Origin: Naegleria gruberi
Taxonomy: Eukaryota
Assembly (NCBI GenBank): GCA_000004985.1
Contig: GG738872.1
Direction: 5' to 3' (one strand)
DNA length: 64,000 bases
Shown: positions 31,601-44,022 of the stretch, one piece after another
How positions within the stretch are numbered: the first letter of the stretch is position 1
Layout of the letters: every line of letters starts with the position of its first letter
Notes under the pieces: model-generated
Told to the model about the DNA's origin: nothing
Seen by the model: only the letters and a program-made list of their open reading frames with translations
Database searches by the model: none
Position numbers and translations under genes: made by a program

Positions 31601-33428
31601 AGCCAGATTTTGGAGAAACTATAAAACTACCATTGGAAGCAACTGCAACAGTTTGAGGTTTTTCAGTCGAGGAAGAAGAACCCAAAGAGGCGGTTGATGA
31701 TGACCTAGTTAATTTTTCTTTTGGTGTTTGACTTTGTACAACGATAGATGATACATTATTTGGTACAGGAGAGGAAGGAGGAGAGTTTTCTCCATTATTA
31801 GACAATTCGTCCATATCTTCCTCATCTTTGCCAATATCTTCGCCTCCTTTGGATTTTCTCTTACTCTTAGTATTCTTACCACAATTAATGGCAAATAATT
31901 TAGTGGAATCTACATAGTAAGTCAACCAATTGTCGTAACAAAGTTTGTAACGAAGTTGACAATTCTTCTTATTATTTGATACAATACCAGCCTTAATTGG
32001 TGCATATTGAATGATGGTGGTAGCTGGGTTTTCTGGATTAGAAAAGACAGAAAAGCCTTCTCTACTATTTTCAGACTTTTTCTTCTTTGGTTTGTCTCTG
32101 GTCAAGCCCTTATCTTGTTCTTGACTGCTCATAAGAAGTGTCACATCAGCCCTCCACAAATCATCACTGAATGCAATTTCATTTCTTTGAACCTTTGTCT
32201 TGAGATCCTCCAAATTGATTGTCAAGTTGAGTTTTTCACTAACTTGACAGAAGGCTTCACCTTCCTTTTCCAGGATTGAGTTTCGTTGCCTTATCATGTT
32301 GATGATTGTACTCACCAACATTCTGAACCTATCCAAGGAAACTTCAATTGACACTGTTAAAGGAGTCTTTTTCCTATTAGAAACTGATTTACCACCAATT
32401 ACAGTTTCAGGAATTGTATCGTCCATTATTTTCAAAACTGGAATTAATTGCATGAGACAATTCGACCAAATTTGAACATTTGTAATACCACCATTCACAA
32501 TCACCTGTTGCACAGCATGGATACCCTTGTCCAATGTTGGAAAGAATTGAGTGGTTGGAGGGGAAGCACTAGACCTCGAATTTGAGTCCCTGGTTGATGT
32601 TTGTAATTGATTACTTGATGATGAGGATGAAATAGGAGTGCTGTTGGAGGTAGGGGCTGAGTTTGCATTGTATCCACCTGGCAAACCAGTCATGGTTGAA
32701 ATCATGGCTCCAAAATTACTCAAAGCACTGCTACTATTAGCTGCTGATGATTGTTTCGATGATTGTTGTGGCAAACTGGCCATTCCCATATTATTATTAT
32801 TATTGGAATTTTGTTTGTAAGCATTTTGTGGTTGTTGTTGCTGAGCTGTTGTTGCTTGCACAACACCATTCATAGCAGTTGGTACCTGTTGCCTACTGGT
32901 AGAAACAAGTTGTGGTTGTTGTTGCTGTTGTTGCTGTTGGGTCATACTTGTTAAATAGCTTTGTAACAACTTGTTATGTTGGAGAACTGTATTGTGAGCA
33001 TTGTGAAGGAATTGATTATTGTTGGTGGCAAAGATTTGTTGAGGATTTGTACTTGATGATCCATTCGAATAGAGAGATGATGTATCAAAGTACATTTGAT
33101 TGTCATTCTTTGATTGTTGGTCATCCATATCTTCATCATTGAGGAATTCCTCAACTCCTAGATCAAATTGACTTTCAATTGATTGCAATGCATTCAAGGC
33201 TTGATTGTATTGGTTTAATTCTTCAGTACTATTCATGCTACTCTGAGTACCTGGCATGGCAAATAAATTACCCCTCTGCAATGATTGTCTCTGTAGCTGA
33301 TTCAACAATTGTTGTTGGTGATGATTGGCTGCTGATTGTGAGGTTGATGCAGATGAGACATTGTTCTGCTGCTGCTGATTGCTGTTACCCGAAGTGGTAA
33401 CTTTTAAAGTAGAAGCATCAAAAAACAT
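28616..33428 (-). CDS. Very large (about 1590 aa) Q/N/S-rich protein containing a degenerate caspase-like (peptidase C14-like) domain, two exons (33428-30307, 30260-28616)
   Basis: ORFs 30237-33428 and 28616-30259 are on the same strand. They join through a 46-nt GTAAGT...ATATAG intron (30261-30306), phase 0. The caspase-like segment is WAIVIAIDKYHHNGL...SSVHDAMNISNILSKIYGFEVRLLLNEEAT...NDDAILIFFTGVSL...YLALYDTD. It has the fold signature, but the catalytic His (FFTGVS instead of SHG) and Cys (DTFYNG instead of DxCHSG) are replaced. The N-terminal 300 aa are poly-Q/N, and the C-terminal 550 aa are unassigned. Confidence 0.6.
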
Positions 33429-34201
33429 TCTCTAAATCTTCATATATGTTTGATGCTGCAATAAATGGATAGAAACCCTATGGTGAATAGTGGTATTGTG
33501 TGTAAAAAGATTGCGTTCCTTTTTTTCGCTCAGGAATTAGTGGGTAGTTGCAGGTCTTTGTTCCAAGATTAAAACTTCTTGATAGCTATCGACTTTACGT
33601 TTTTCCAACTTTTTTTCTGTGGTTGATTTTTCCACGTGTTGCTTCTCAAGAATGACGGTTGGAAATTTTTTTCAGTTTTCAAGATAAAATTTCCAAGGAA
33701 TTTTTGTGATGAGCGGAAATGAGTGCTACAAATTATTCCTACCTTAAAATTGGACTAATATTTGATAGGAGTTACTTCTAGATGTGTTGTCAATTATTAA
33801 TTTACAATGTCTAACTACAATTTATGCTAAGAACTGGAAAGAACAGTTGTGTAAGATTGAAGATGAGACAAGAGAGAAGTTGTTCAATTTTTTGTGCGTA
33901 TTTGCCTTCAACACTCTTTTCAAACAACCACAATCTTCTTTGATCATCATTCTCAAATCTCCCTGAAACCTAAATAGAAACATTTCCATGGCTGATTTAC
34001 AACTGGAAACGAATGTAATTCAACATTTTTGTCCGAGGTAAAAACGCGAAATTTTTACAATGAGCATTACTCCAGGCTGATCATTTTACAAAGATCAAGG
34101 TGAACAGATATTGTGGAAAATTTTCTTGATGAAACAATGTACGAAAGGAAAATTGAAATATGGTTTATTTACAGATTGTGATTTCAAACTATCAGTGATG
34201 G

Positions 34202-35592
34202 TTAGAAGGAAAAACTCAAATAACTCAAACTTCCAAGATCATAGAATCTCTCAATAACCTTAGAGGTCTTCTCTTCGTGTGTCATACCCATTGCTACAAA
34301 CAAAGGTACATAGTGTTCACTTCTTGGAACAGCAGCTCTTGCATTTGGTGCAAACCTTTCGTATGCAAATAATTCTTCTGTGTTCCACTTGGAAATTCTG
34401 TCAACTAACCAATCATCAAACTCTACTGCCCATGCATCTGGAGTCTTCTTTCCCCAATTAACTCTTCCAAGATTATGAACTGTACTGCCACTTCCAATCA
34501 CTAAAACTTGTTCATTGGCAAGAGGAGCTAATGCCTTTCCAATATTGTAATGAGTTTCTATTGAGCTTCTTGGATCGACTGAGCATTGAACTACAGGAAT
34601 TTTTGCACCAGGGAAGAGAGTTTGCAAAACAACCCATGTACCATGATCGAGGCCTCTTTTATATTCTCTTCTTGATTTGATATTATTCTGATTGAGTAAT
34701 TGTTCTATTCTTTGAGCAACTTGTGGAGCACCTAATTAATCAATTCATACATTTTCGTATTGGTACAGTTCACAAATGTCAATCAATACAATTCAGTCAA
34801 CTTACCTTTAGCTGGATACTTGATAGTATACATCTCATCAGGGAATCCATAAAAATCATAAATTGTATCATAAACAGTATTAGCATCATGGAAAGTAATA
34901 GCAACTCCATTATTTGCAATTGAATCTTCCCAATGAGCAGTAAACACAACCACTGCCTTCGGAGCATCTTGTCCTTTATATTGCTTGGAAAGCTTGTTTC
35001 CCAAAAACTTATTCATGGCATGATCCAATTCAATGGCCAAAGTAGGAGCTCCATGAGCAATAAACAATGGTGCAATTCTATTCATTTTTTTCTCTTGAGT
35101 TGTTTTAATTTTTCCATTCTTGGATGATGGTTTTATAGTGCTGGCTACATCTGCTTCCTTCTCTGTCTGTACTACCTCTTTATCCTTAGTATTCTTCGGG
35201 TTGAGAGATTTGGAGAGTTTGGTTGGGTGATCAGATGCGTGCGTATTTTTTTCGAGTCCTTCAGTGGCGGGTTTCTTGAGGTCTTGTTTAGAGTTTTCCT
35301 TAATTGGAGGAGATGCTTCCTGAGGAATGCTGTGATGATTGTCATCATCATTAATAATATTTGAAGATGATGAAGATGAAGAACGAGTAAAGATTACAAG
35401 TAGAAGAGCACAACAAAAGCCGAATATTAACAAGCTCATGATAATTTTCAAAGATGAACCAGTGGATTGATTTTTGGAGATTTTATCTTCGGGAATGGGT
35501 TGCTCTTGATGAATAGGTTGTTGATAGTGATATTCCTTTGTTGCTGCTATCCTTCTCAAATGAATATCGTTGTTGCTGATGGACATTATCAA
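34202..35592 (-). CDS. LigB-family extradiol ring-cleavage dioxygenase (DOPA 4,5-dioxygenase / YgiD-like) with an N-terminal membrane anchor, two exons (35592-34806, 34731-34202)
   Basis: 74-nt intron (GTAAGT...ATTAG, 34732-34805), phase 1. The catalytic domain carries APLFIAHGAPTLAIELD, VVVFTAHWE, DHGTWVVL and VIGSGSTVHNL, which are conserved in class III extradiol dioxygenases. The N-terminal 150 aa add a TM helix (MSLLIFGFCCALLLVIF) and a Ser/Lys-rich linker. Confidence 0.8.
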
Positions 35593-35958
35593 TTTCTTTT
35601 CTTTTTTTAAAATTGTTTTTTCATTAAATTTTAATTTGAAAAAATCATTTATAATACCTAAAAACCCTCTCTTTAATTATACCGATATGAATTCATTACA
35701 ATGCAATTAATGTTAGTTTGATACAGCTAAGTCAAAACATTGTAATTTTTAATAAATATCCATAAAAGGACAATTCATAGATTTTTCTTCTATTATGAAG
35801 AAAATGCAAGAAAATGCATTTCAAAATCTTCTAAATTCAATCCAAACAATACTTAAACCCTAATTGACCTCTCAAGGAGTATGATTCACAATTTCCTTAT
35901 TCGTTGTGATTTCAAACTTACTGTAATCCTTTCGGAGTTCTTTTCAAAATCCAAAAAA

Positions 35959-37703
35959 ATGATCCAACAACAAACTTTATTAACGAGACAAGTTGTGGTC
36001 ATCTTGTTATTGCTCGCTCTCATCTCTAGCCTAATTTCCGCAGCTAGTCTTGCTAATACTAATATTCCGTTCCCAAAGGATTTTAGATTTGGTGCTGCTA
36101 CTGCTGCCTATCAAATTGTATGTTTACAAATTGTTGTTAAAATAATTTGTTATAATAATGATCATCATGATGGTTATGTGTTTGATTAAATTATTATCAA
36201 ATTAAATTTATTATTGAATATAATATAATTAATTGGAATGTTACAATAATTTTATTATGATTGAATATTGAATATTGAATATTGATTATTGATTAATGAT
36301 TAATGATTTGGAAATGAATGTAGGAAGGAGCATATAAGGAAGATGGAAGAGGATTGAGTATTTGGGATACTTGGAGTCATATTCCTGGTAAAATTTATAA
36401 TAATCAAACAGGTGACATTGCTGATGATCACTATCATAAGGTAAAGGAAGATATTGCCCTGATGAAGAGTTTGGGAGTTAAGAATTATAGAATGTCAATT
36501 AGTTGGCCTCGTATTCTTCCAACTGGTCTTTTGAAACATGGTATTAATCAAAAAGGTATTGATTATTACAATATGGAAATTAATGAACTTGTTAGAAATG
36601 GAATTAATGTTGCAGTTACATTGTATCACTGGGATTTACCACAATATTTACAAGATACTTATGGAGGTTGGTTAAATTCTAAGGAAACTGTTCAAGCTTT
36701 TAGAGATTTTTCTGATATTTGTTTTGCTCATTTTGGAGATCGTGTTAAGGATTGGATTACTTTCAATGAACCATTCATTACATCTGTATTGGGACATGGT
36801 TGCAATGATTGGGCTCCAGGATTGGGTTGTGGATCAAGTCCTGCTGGAAATAGCTCAAATATGCCTTATATGGCTGCTCACTCTCAACTATTGGCCCATG
36901 CTCATGCTGTTAAGGTCTATCGTGACAAGTATCAACAAGACCAACAAGGTAGAATTGGTATTACCCTCAATTCCAATTTTTACTACCCTCTCACAAATAC
37001 CAAGGAAGATTATGAAGCTTGTGAAAGAGCTCTCTTATTTGGTTTTGGTTGGTTTGCTGATCCAGTTTTCTTTGGAGATTATCCTCAAGTAATGAAGGAT
37101 TTCGTTGAAGGAAATAGACTTCCACTTTTCACTGAGCAAGAAAAGAGATTATTGAAGGGTTCAGTTGACTTTATTGGACTTAACCATTATACTAGTAATT
37201 ATATTGGAAATAGAAAATCACCATTACCACCAGTTAATCAAAGAACTTTCAATGATGACCAAAGAACCGAAGGCTCTAGTTACAAGAATGGTGTTCCTAT
37301 TGGTCCAAAAGCTGAATCTGATTGGCTCTTTGTCTATCCACCAGGAATCAGATCCATGTTGAATTGGATTCAAAAGAGATATAATCCACAAATGATTTAT
37401 GTGACTGAGAATGGTGTTGATGCTCCAGGTGAAAGCTCAATGCCAATTAGTCAAGCTTTGAACGACACTTTTAGAGTTAACTATTTACATGACTATCTCA
37501 CAGAGGTATCCAATGCAGTGATGCAAGATGGTGTTAATGTTAAGGCCTACTTTGTTTGGTCAATGATGGATAACTTTGAATGGACCAATGGTTATAGTTG
37601 TCGTTTTGGTGTTGTCTTTGTTGACTATAATAGTCCTAATCTTACAAGATATGTCAAGAACTCTGCCAAGTGGTACAGTGAGTTGGTTAAACCATACAAC
37701 TAG
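35959..37703 (+). CDS. Glycoside hydrolase family 1 beta-glucosidase, secreted, two exons (35959-36117, 36324-37703)
   Basis: Signal peptide, then the GH1 N-terminal signature FPKDFRFGAATAAYQI split by a 206-nt GTATGT...TAG intron, then EGAYKEDGRGLSIWD. Acid/base ITFNEPF and nucleophile YVTENGV are present. The whole length is colinear with GH1 enzymes. Confidence 0.9.
36259..36308. repeat. Intronic AT-rich tandem repeat (tgaatatt x3, then tgattaa-like units)
   Basis: attgaatattgaatattgaatattgattattgattaatgattaatgatt, inside the GH1 intron. Confidence 0.7.
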
Positions 37704-38085
37704 ATCAATAAACAACACTAAAGGATTGTAAAGTGGTTTTCATCAGTGGAAGTTATTCATAAAGATTTATATCCTTTAAGGCAGGTTCCAAGGTTGATTT
37801 AAACATGAAGAATGCTTAAAGTATTCAAAATTGAGAAAGAAAACCGCAGGATGGAATGAATGGGAATTTTGCTCAAATGTAGCCAATGATTCAGTGAAAA
37901 GAGGAATTGATGCAATATTCTATTAGAAATTTATCAAATGGAAATTGTAAAATATCAATTTTCCTCTATTACTGTTCGTACTAACTCTGTAAAGTACTCT
38001 CCATAAAAATTTAAATAATGATTAGGAAATTAAACAAAATTGAACCGTGTCAGTTCTTCTTTGAATGATACTACTATTCAATATA

Positions 38086-39076
38086 TCATTCCTTTTTTAC
38101 TCCTTCTCTTTTAGTAACTAATACTTTCTGATTATTGGGTATATGCAGATTTGAATAAACCAATTGGGATGGATCACTCAAAAACCAACCATTTATCTGC
38201 TCTGCCAATTTACAATTATGAGTTTTAAATATTTTGGCAGTCATTGGAATAATTAATTGTTTTGTCCAATCTGGATCTCCTTCATTGACCATGAATGGCT
38301 CCTGTGAATTGGTTTTGAAAATAATTCCCTCACTTATTGATCCTTGTCCTCTCTAATATATTTGAGATGAGAGAAATAAATTACTTTCCACATTTCACAA
38401 AGCTACAGAGTAAACTTACCTCACAATCGAAAGGTTTCACCATGCTCAATCTCTTATAAATTTTCACACATTCTCCATATTGAATAGTCGAAGCAAGAAT
38501 TAAAGTGTTATCAAAATAAACATCAGGTTGATTGAGATATAAAACAGTCCTATCCTTCAAATATTCATTGCAATATTTCAAGAATATTGATCTATTAATC
38601 TCTTTTCCAATGTGGCGAATTTTAATCTTATTCGAAAATAATAATGACATGATATCTGAATCTAAACTATTGTCAATTTGAAGTAAATGATATTCCGAAA
38701 CTGATGGATTCAATAAATTCATCTGTATGCTCGTTAATAAATCAAGGAAAAACACATTATCTTTATCCGAAAGTCCAACAATTAATTGTGAAACAATCAC
38801 AACATTCGGTAATTCACTAATTTCATCATTTCTAATTAATTTCACAAATTCCAATTGTTGTTTTTGTGCTATTTTCATAAAATCACCATATTCATTCGAA
38901 TTATATAGCCTTTGTCTTGAAAATGGCACAGAATACGAAAGTGTCGATTCCTTTCGAATATCTTCAAAGACATGTTGTTTATCTTGCCTCATCACAAAAA
39001 GAAATTCTAATATCACAAGAAATAATATCCCCGAAGAAATTGCCATCACAAATCGCCTCTTTGTACTAATCGCCAT
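38086..39076 (-). CDS. Type II membrane (signal-anchor) protein, possible Golgi glycosyltransferase-like, two exons (39076-38385, 38350-38086)
   Basis: ORF 38381-39151 starts at TTG. The first ATG at 39076 gives MAISTKRRFVMAISSGILFLVILEFLF, a signal anchor. A 34-nt intron (GTAATT...TTAGAG, 38351-38384) joins it in frame (phase 2) to ORF 38086-38292. No DxD or catalytic motif is confidently recognised. Confidence 0.4.
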
Positions 39077-39159
39077 TTTTTTTTGAATTTTTTCAATCCT
39101 ATTCGAAACTTTATTACAATAAAATATATTATTGAAATAAACAACTTTCAATCCTCTAC

Positions 39160-39795
39160 TTAATTTCCATTCTCCACCACATTCGAAACCATTCTTCCAA
39201 TTTCTATCCTAATCTCTTCCCGTCTCATTTCCTCAATCTCCAACAATGCATCAGCCAACTCTTCCTGAACCCTCATCATTTTCTCATATAATTCCTGAAC
39301 CATCTCAAATGTAACCTCCTCCATGCACATTTCGACATCTCCTGCTGTTGTGGCTCCACCGCTCGATTTGAATTCTGAAATTTTACTGAAACAAAAATTT
39401 TTGAGATGTGTTGCATGTTGTGAGGTCTGGGAGAGAGTGGATAAAGTTTGAGTGAGTGGAAGGGAGTGGCTGGTTGATTGGTTCAGGGTGTGATGAGGAA
39501 CATGTGGGGCATGTGTTGGTGATGCATGTTGGGAAGTTTCGTTTGTGGAGTTTCGAATAAGTGAGGAGGTTGTGATGGTTAGATTGGAAAGAAGAGTGTT
39601 GAGTTCTGGAAGGGATGTAGTGTGGTTAGTTCGCATCTTTCTTCTCTTGGAAATTTTTGATGTTGGAGCTTTGTTCAATGGCATGTCTGAAGGTTTCGAA
39701 TAGATTATTGTTTGGTTGATTTTTTGTGTATTATTTACAATCAGTTTAGTTGTGGTTTTCTCATGTGTTTTGTGGGAAGAAACCATAGGAATCAT
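39160..39795 (-). CDS. Hypothetical S/T-rich protein with a C-terminal acidic helical region, 211 aa
   Basis: ATG-initiated ORF. Low-complexity T/S/H-rich middle. C-terminus EVTFEMVQELYEKMMRVQEELADALLEIEEMRREE. Confidence 0.35.
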   Translation of the reverse strand: MIPMVSSHKTHEKTTTKLIVNNTQKINQTIIYSKPSDMPLNKAPTSKISKRRKMRTNHTTSLPELNTLLSNLTITTSSLIRNSTNETSQHASPTHAPHVPHHTLNQSTSHSLPLTQTLSTLSQTSQHATHLKNFCFSKISEFKSSGGATTAGDVEMCMEEVTFEMVQELYEKMMRVQEELADALLEIEEMRREEIRIEIGRMVSNVVENGN

Positions 39796-40645
39796 TGTTT
39801 TGGTTGAGAACTGTTATAATTATCCATGACATTCTGACACGATGAAAAACTGGATTTATAAGAAAGTGTCGTGAACTAGCAAATATACTAAACTGTACTA
39901 ATAGGTTAAATACGAAACGAAACTATTTAGTAACTCAAAATTCATTAAGGTGATAGATTCCCCACCATACTTACCAAATAGTTTAGTTTAGTTTTAAATT
40001 ATGACATTACATTCCACAACAAACAAATAAAATTTACTTTCGATTTTTTACGTATCTGCTGTCTATGTGAAAATTTGGCTCCTTACAAAAAAGTCACATT
40101 TCACAGTGATCCAAGGATCTATTGGGCAAACGAACGGATCTGCATTCTCGAAGGACAGTACTATTCTATCTTGTTTTGTTCATGGAAAAAAGTGTTGAGT
40201 ACTAAAGGTGATGATGTTAAGGAACGTGCTGTGGTTGAAACATAAAGTTTGGAGTGTAGGAAAAACGTGTGGTTGTTCTGATGAGTCCGATTCATGGTTT
40301 TTTTATCGATGAATCTCAAAAAAAGTCAAAATTGGCAAGATGGTTTTCTTATGTTAAAAAGCTCAAAAAGTTGAATGAGAATAATTGAACAAATTAATTT
40401 TTGAGCAAAAACGGAAAGGAAAGTGGAGAAATTTCAGTGGGGAATTGAGCTGCTCTTTAAAGTAAACGTCGACTAGGAAGATTCTTACAAAACTAATTTG
40501 CAATGGAATTTATCAAAAAAACACCTTAATAAGATTCAAAACAAAATATTGGCTCCATTATTCCTTATTGACTAAATTTCTAATAAAAATCTAAGTTAAC
40601 TTTGTCACAATTTAATAAAATTTAAATATTAAATTACAAAAAAAA

Positions 40646-41212
40646 ATGTTTAATCAACAACGTAATAATTACATGATGGGAGGAGGTTCAGGAAGTGGCC
40701 AAATACAACCCTCCTACATGTACAATGATATGATATCTCCATCCTCCTCATCAATGATGAGAAATAATTCTCCCTACATGAATTCCGATCCCTACTATAA
40801 TCCCATGTCGAATAGGAGAGGCTATTATGATAATTACATGATTGGTAATGAACCTCTCTATCATGAAGATAAATTATTTGATGAGGATTTATTAATGTAT
40901 GATCGACCAACATATCGTCCGAGTCGAATGATTGCCAATCCAGATTTTGGTAATTTTAATTATAAGAAGGGATATACGGCTGAGGTTTGGTTGAATGATG
41001 GAGAGACTGTTGTGTTGAGTGGAGATTCGAGAAAGAAAACCTATAGAACACATTATAGTCCAGAGTATTTGAGGAGTTTCTTTTTTGGATGGGTTGGAAG
41101 ATTGATTCGTTACTTGTGGATGGATCGATTGTTTGGACTTCATGTGGACACAGTTAAGGAGGTCAAGACGAAGAATTATATTTTCGTTACGGCTCAACTT
41201 CTTTCTGAATAG
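40646..41212 (+). CDS. Hypothetical protein with an N/Y/M/S-rich prion-like N-terminus, 188 aa
   Basis: ATG ORF. N-terminus is MMGGGSGSGQIQPSYMYNDMISPSSSSMMRNNSPYMNSDPYYNPMSNRRGYYDNYM. The C-terminal 100 aa are folded-looking. Confidence 0.4.
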   Translation: MFNQQRNNYMMGGGSGSGQIQPSYMYNDMISPSSSSMMRNNSPYMNSDPYYNPMSNRRGYYDNYMIGNEPLYHEDKLFDEDLLMYDRPTYRPSRMIANPDFGNFNYKKGYTAEVWLNDGETVVLSGDSRKKTYRTHYSPEYLRSFFFGWVGRLIRYLWMDRLFGLHVDTVKEVKTKNYIFVTAQLLSE

Positions 41213-41301
41213 TAGTTTTTTGGAATATGATAATATGTATTTCATATTGAGAATATTACGAAATATTACGAAAGAAGATTTGGAAAAAGAAAATGTTATT
41301 T

Positions 41302-43324
41302 TCATGTTTTGAGTGTTTCAATTTCTTTCAAAAGAGATGAGATTTGAGTCCTAAAAGTTTCCTTGACATATTTGAATTCTTCTTGAATGGTTTGGAGCGC
41401 TTCTTCCTTTTCACCAATTAAATCTAAAGCTGCCTCGTATCTAAACTTGAGATCATTAAATTGTTTCAGAGTGAGTTCCTTTTCATTAATTTCATTGGCA
41501 AGTGTTTGATTGGTTTGCTTGTACATGGCCAATCGTTCAGATAAATCTTCCTTAATTTCTTCCAAATCTCTAATCTGTACAAAGAGTGTTTTGATCTTGT
41601 TATTCTTCTTTTCTATAATTTCTAAAAGCTCGCTATTAGTTAAATTTATCATCTCTGTTTCATTTTCTGTGGCTTGTTCTGTTTCGTCTGATGTCATTTG
41701 AGGGGTGGATTGATTTGAAGCTGCATGTTCAGAGGATGTTGTTTCATATGGTACAGTGTGATGGTTGGTATTACTATTCGAGGAGTTCTTTTCCAATTCA
41801 GCATTCAATTTCCTTATTGTTTCATGGAGTTCATTAATTTGTTGTTCCAAATAGTGATTGTCTTCTTGTGATCTTTTGAGTGATGTTTTAATTGCAGAGA
41901 CAGAGGTTTCAATTTCTACTCTCTTGGATCGTTCTTGCTCAGTTTTTTGCCTTTCTGTATTCAAAATTTCTTTCATTTGTTGAATATCACCTTCCAGCTC
42001 TTGATTATTTTGTTTTAATCGTTCTGTAAGCTTTGTCAATCTGGTAACCTCCTGCTCAGTTAGTTTGAGATTATTCTCTGCAATTTGTAACTTGGTTTGG
42101 AACTTTTTCTCCTTCTCTGATGAGAGATTGGCCTTTGTCGTTGTCGATTGTTCCAAAGATTGAATCTGTTCCAATAATGGTTTAGTAGCATCAGGAATGA
42201 GAGACATTATTTCTTGAGATTTATCCTCCAAGTCTCTGTGCTTCTTCATCCATAGTTCAACATCCTTCTTTAGAGTTTCTACCTTTTCGTCTGCAGAGGA
42301 GTTCGCATTGGAAACTGTCTCTCTGAGTTGATCAATAGTTTGTTGGAGTTCCAATAATTCCGCCTCATGTTTTCTATTCAGCTCATTAATCTTGACCTCC
42401 AATTCGAAACTGTACTCCTTTCTCAATGATGCAATTGTGGTCTTGTTTTGCTCATTTTCATTTTTAACTTGTGTAAGATTACCCTCCAAAGTTTCAATTT
42501 GTTTCTTGTAAGAGTCAATTTGTGTATTTTGTTGTTCAAGTTTGTCCTCAACTCGTTTTTGTTCCATTTCCTTGATTTGAGCTTCAAACTTTTCCTTCAA
42601 TTGTTTGAGAGATTCCTTTTCTTGTGTTTCCTTAGCTAGTTGTTCATTCAATTCACTAATAGTCTTTTCCTTTGCCTGCACTTCCTTCTTTAATTGTTCC
42701 TTATCTCTTCTGAGTGCTGCTGTTTTATTTTCCTCCTTTCCTAATCTTGTACTAAATTCCTCCTTCAATGTATCAAATTGTTTTGCCTTTTCCCTTGTTT
42801 CCATAGTCAAGTCATCGTGCAATGTTTGAACTTTAGATTTTTCCTTTTCCAATTGTTTGATTTTGCTCAAATGCTCTTCAATTGTTTTAGCTTGTTCATC
42901 CTGTTGTTCCAAATGATGTTTGGTAGCTTTTTCAAGTCTATTGTGACATTAGCATTTCATCAAATTAAACGTAAACAACAACTGATTGAAAAACCTACGC
43001 CTCTATTTGTTCCCTCAATTCTGTAACAATTGGTTGTTCTTTACTTCCATCATAAAGTACCACTTTAATTGATGGCGTTTTCTCTTTACTAGAATCTACA
43101 GCCAAAGTTGATGCTGCTGTTGTTGATAAATTATTACTACTGCTACTAGTTTTGATGATCGATGGAGAATTTATTTTGCTTTCCGATGTACTTTTCGATG
43201 GTGTGCTAGCAACAGAGGTTGAAGATTTACTACTCTTCTTCTCATCCTTCTTTTCCTCTCCTTCTGTAGAGAGGGCCTTGTCGATGGTACTCTCAATGTG
43301 AGAGAGGAAGGAAGCAAAATTCAT
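41302..43324 (-). CDS. Long coiled-coil protein (golgin/TMF-like), two exons (43324-42999, 42937-41302)
   Basis: A Ser-rich N-terminal exon joins through a 61-nt GTAGGT...ACAATAG intron (42938-42998). A coiled-coil exon of about 540 aa follows with heptad-pattern E/K/L/Q-rich sequence. The assignment to a specific golgin is not secure. Confidence 0.5.
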
Positions 43325-43551
43325 TTTTTTAACCTGTTTTGCTTGGTTTCAAATCCACTGTATCGATGATGTAATGAAGATGTCTTTCATGATGATGATA
43401 AATATCATGCCAAGTTGTTATTGTAAATAAATTTCATTCCAAATAGTAATACTAATAATATAAATATAATATTATTATTAAATTAATATAATTGTTTTTT
43501 TAATTGATGTGTGTAAGTGGCCCAAAACCATCATTGTTGTACATTTTCTAT

Positions 43552-44022
43552 TTACCATTCTTCTTCTTCCTTTCTGTACTTGAATTTATCAGAATAACTC
43601 TTTCCACCCAAATCTTCAAGGTTCTTTGAATCTTCTGGATCTTCAATTTCATAAATATAACCATGTCTCTTGCAATAATCGATGGCATCTTCCTTTGAAT
43701 TGAAAAAGACATAGGTAGTCAACAATGGGTCATTACTAGCGTTCCAACCCATCAAAGGATCATGCCAGAATTCACCGTGAACAGATTGTTTCTTCCATTC
43801 CAATTTCCACTTGAGAGTATTAGAAATACCTTGTTGAGTAACAACTTTAGTTGGCTTATAAATTCTAACAGTTCTAGACATTTGTTCCTTTGGAACACCA
43901 GAAATTAAACTTCCGAAGCCGGATGGCTTTTCTGAAGAATAAAAACGTGTTGTTGATGATGAAGAAATCTTGTTCAAAGAAGATTTGCTCAACAACTTGG
44001 AGAGTGAGTTGAAGCTGCGCAT
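43552..44022 (-). CDS. NDUFS4: NADH:ubiquinone oxidoreductase (complex I) 18-kDa subunit NDUFS4, 156 aa
   Basis: RIYKPTKVVTQQGISNTLKWKLEW...WHDPLMGWNASNDPL...VFFNSKEDAIDYCKRHGYIYEIEDP aligns with the conserved NDUFS4 core (ARIF.P...MQSG..NT.KW...F......W.NPLMGW.ST.DPL). The N-terminal presequence is mitochondrial-like. Confidence 0.85.
   Translation of the reverse strand: MRSFNSLSKLLSKSSLNKISSSSTTRFYSSEKPSGFGSLISGVPKEQMSRTVRIYKPTKVVTQQGISNTLKWKLEWKKQSVHGEFWHDPLMGWNASNDPLLTTYVFFNSKEDAIDYCKRHGYIYEIEDPEDSKNLEDLGGKSYSDKFKYRKEEEEW

Noticed and set aside
39151-39160. Possibility that ORFs 39160-39795 and 38381-39151 are one gene
   Set aside because: The upstream ORF ends with an in-frame TAA at 39160 and no donor site is available. 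The downstream ORF has its own ATG (39076) followed by a signal anchor. Treated as separate genes.
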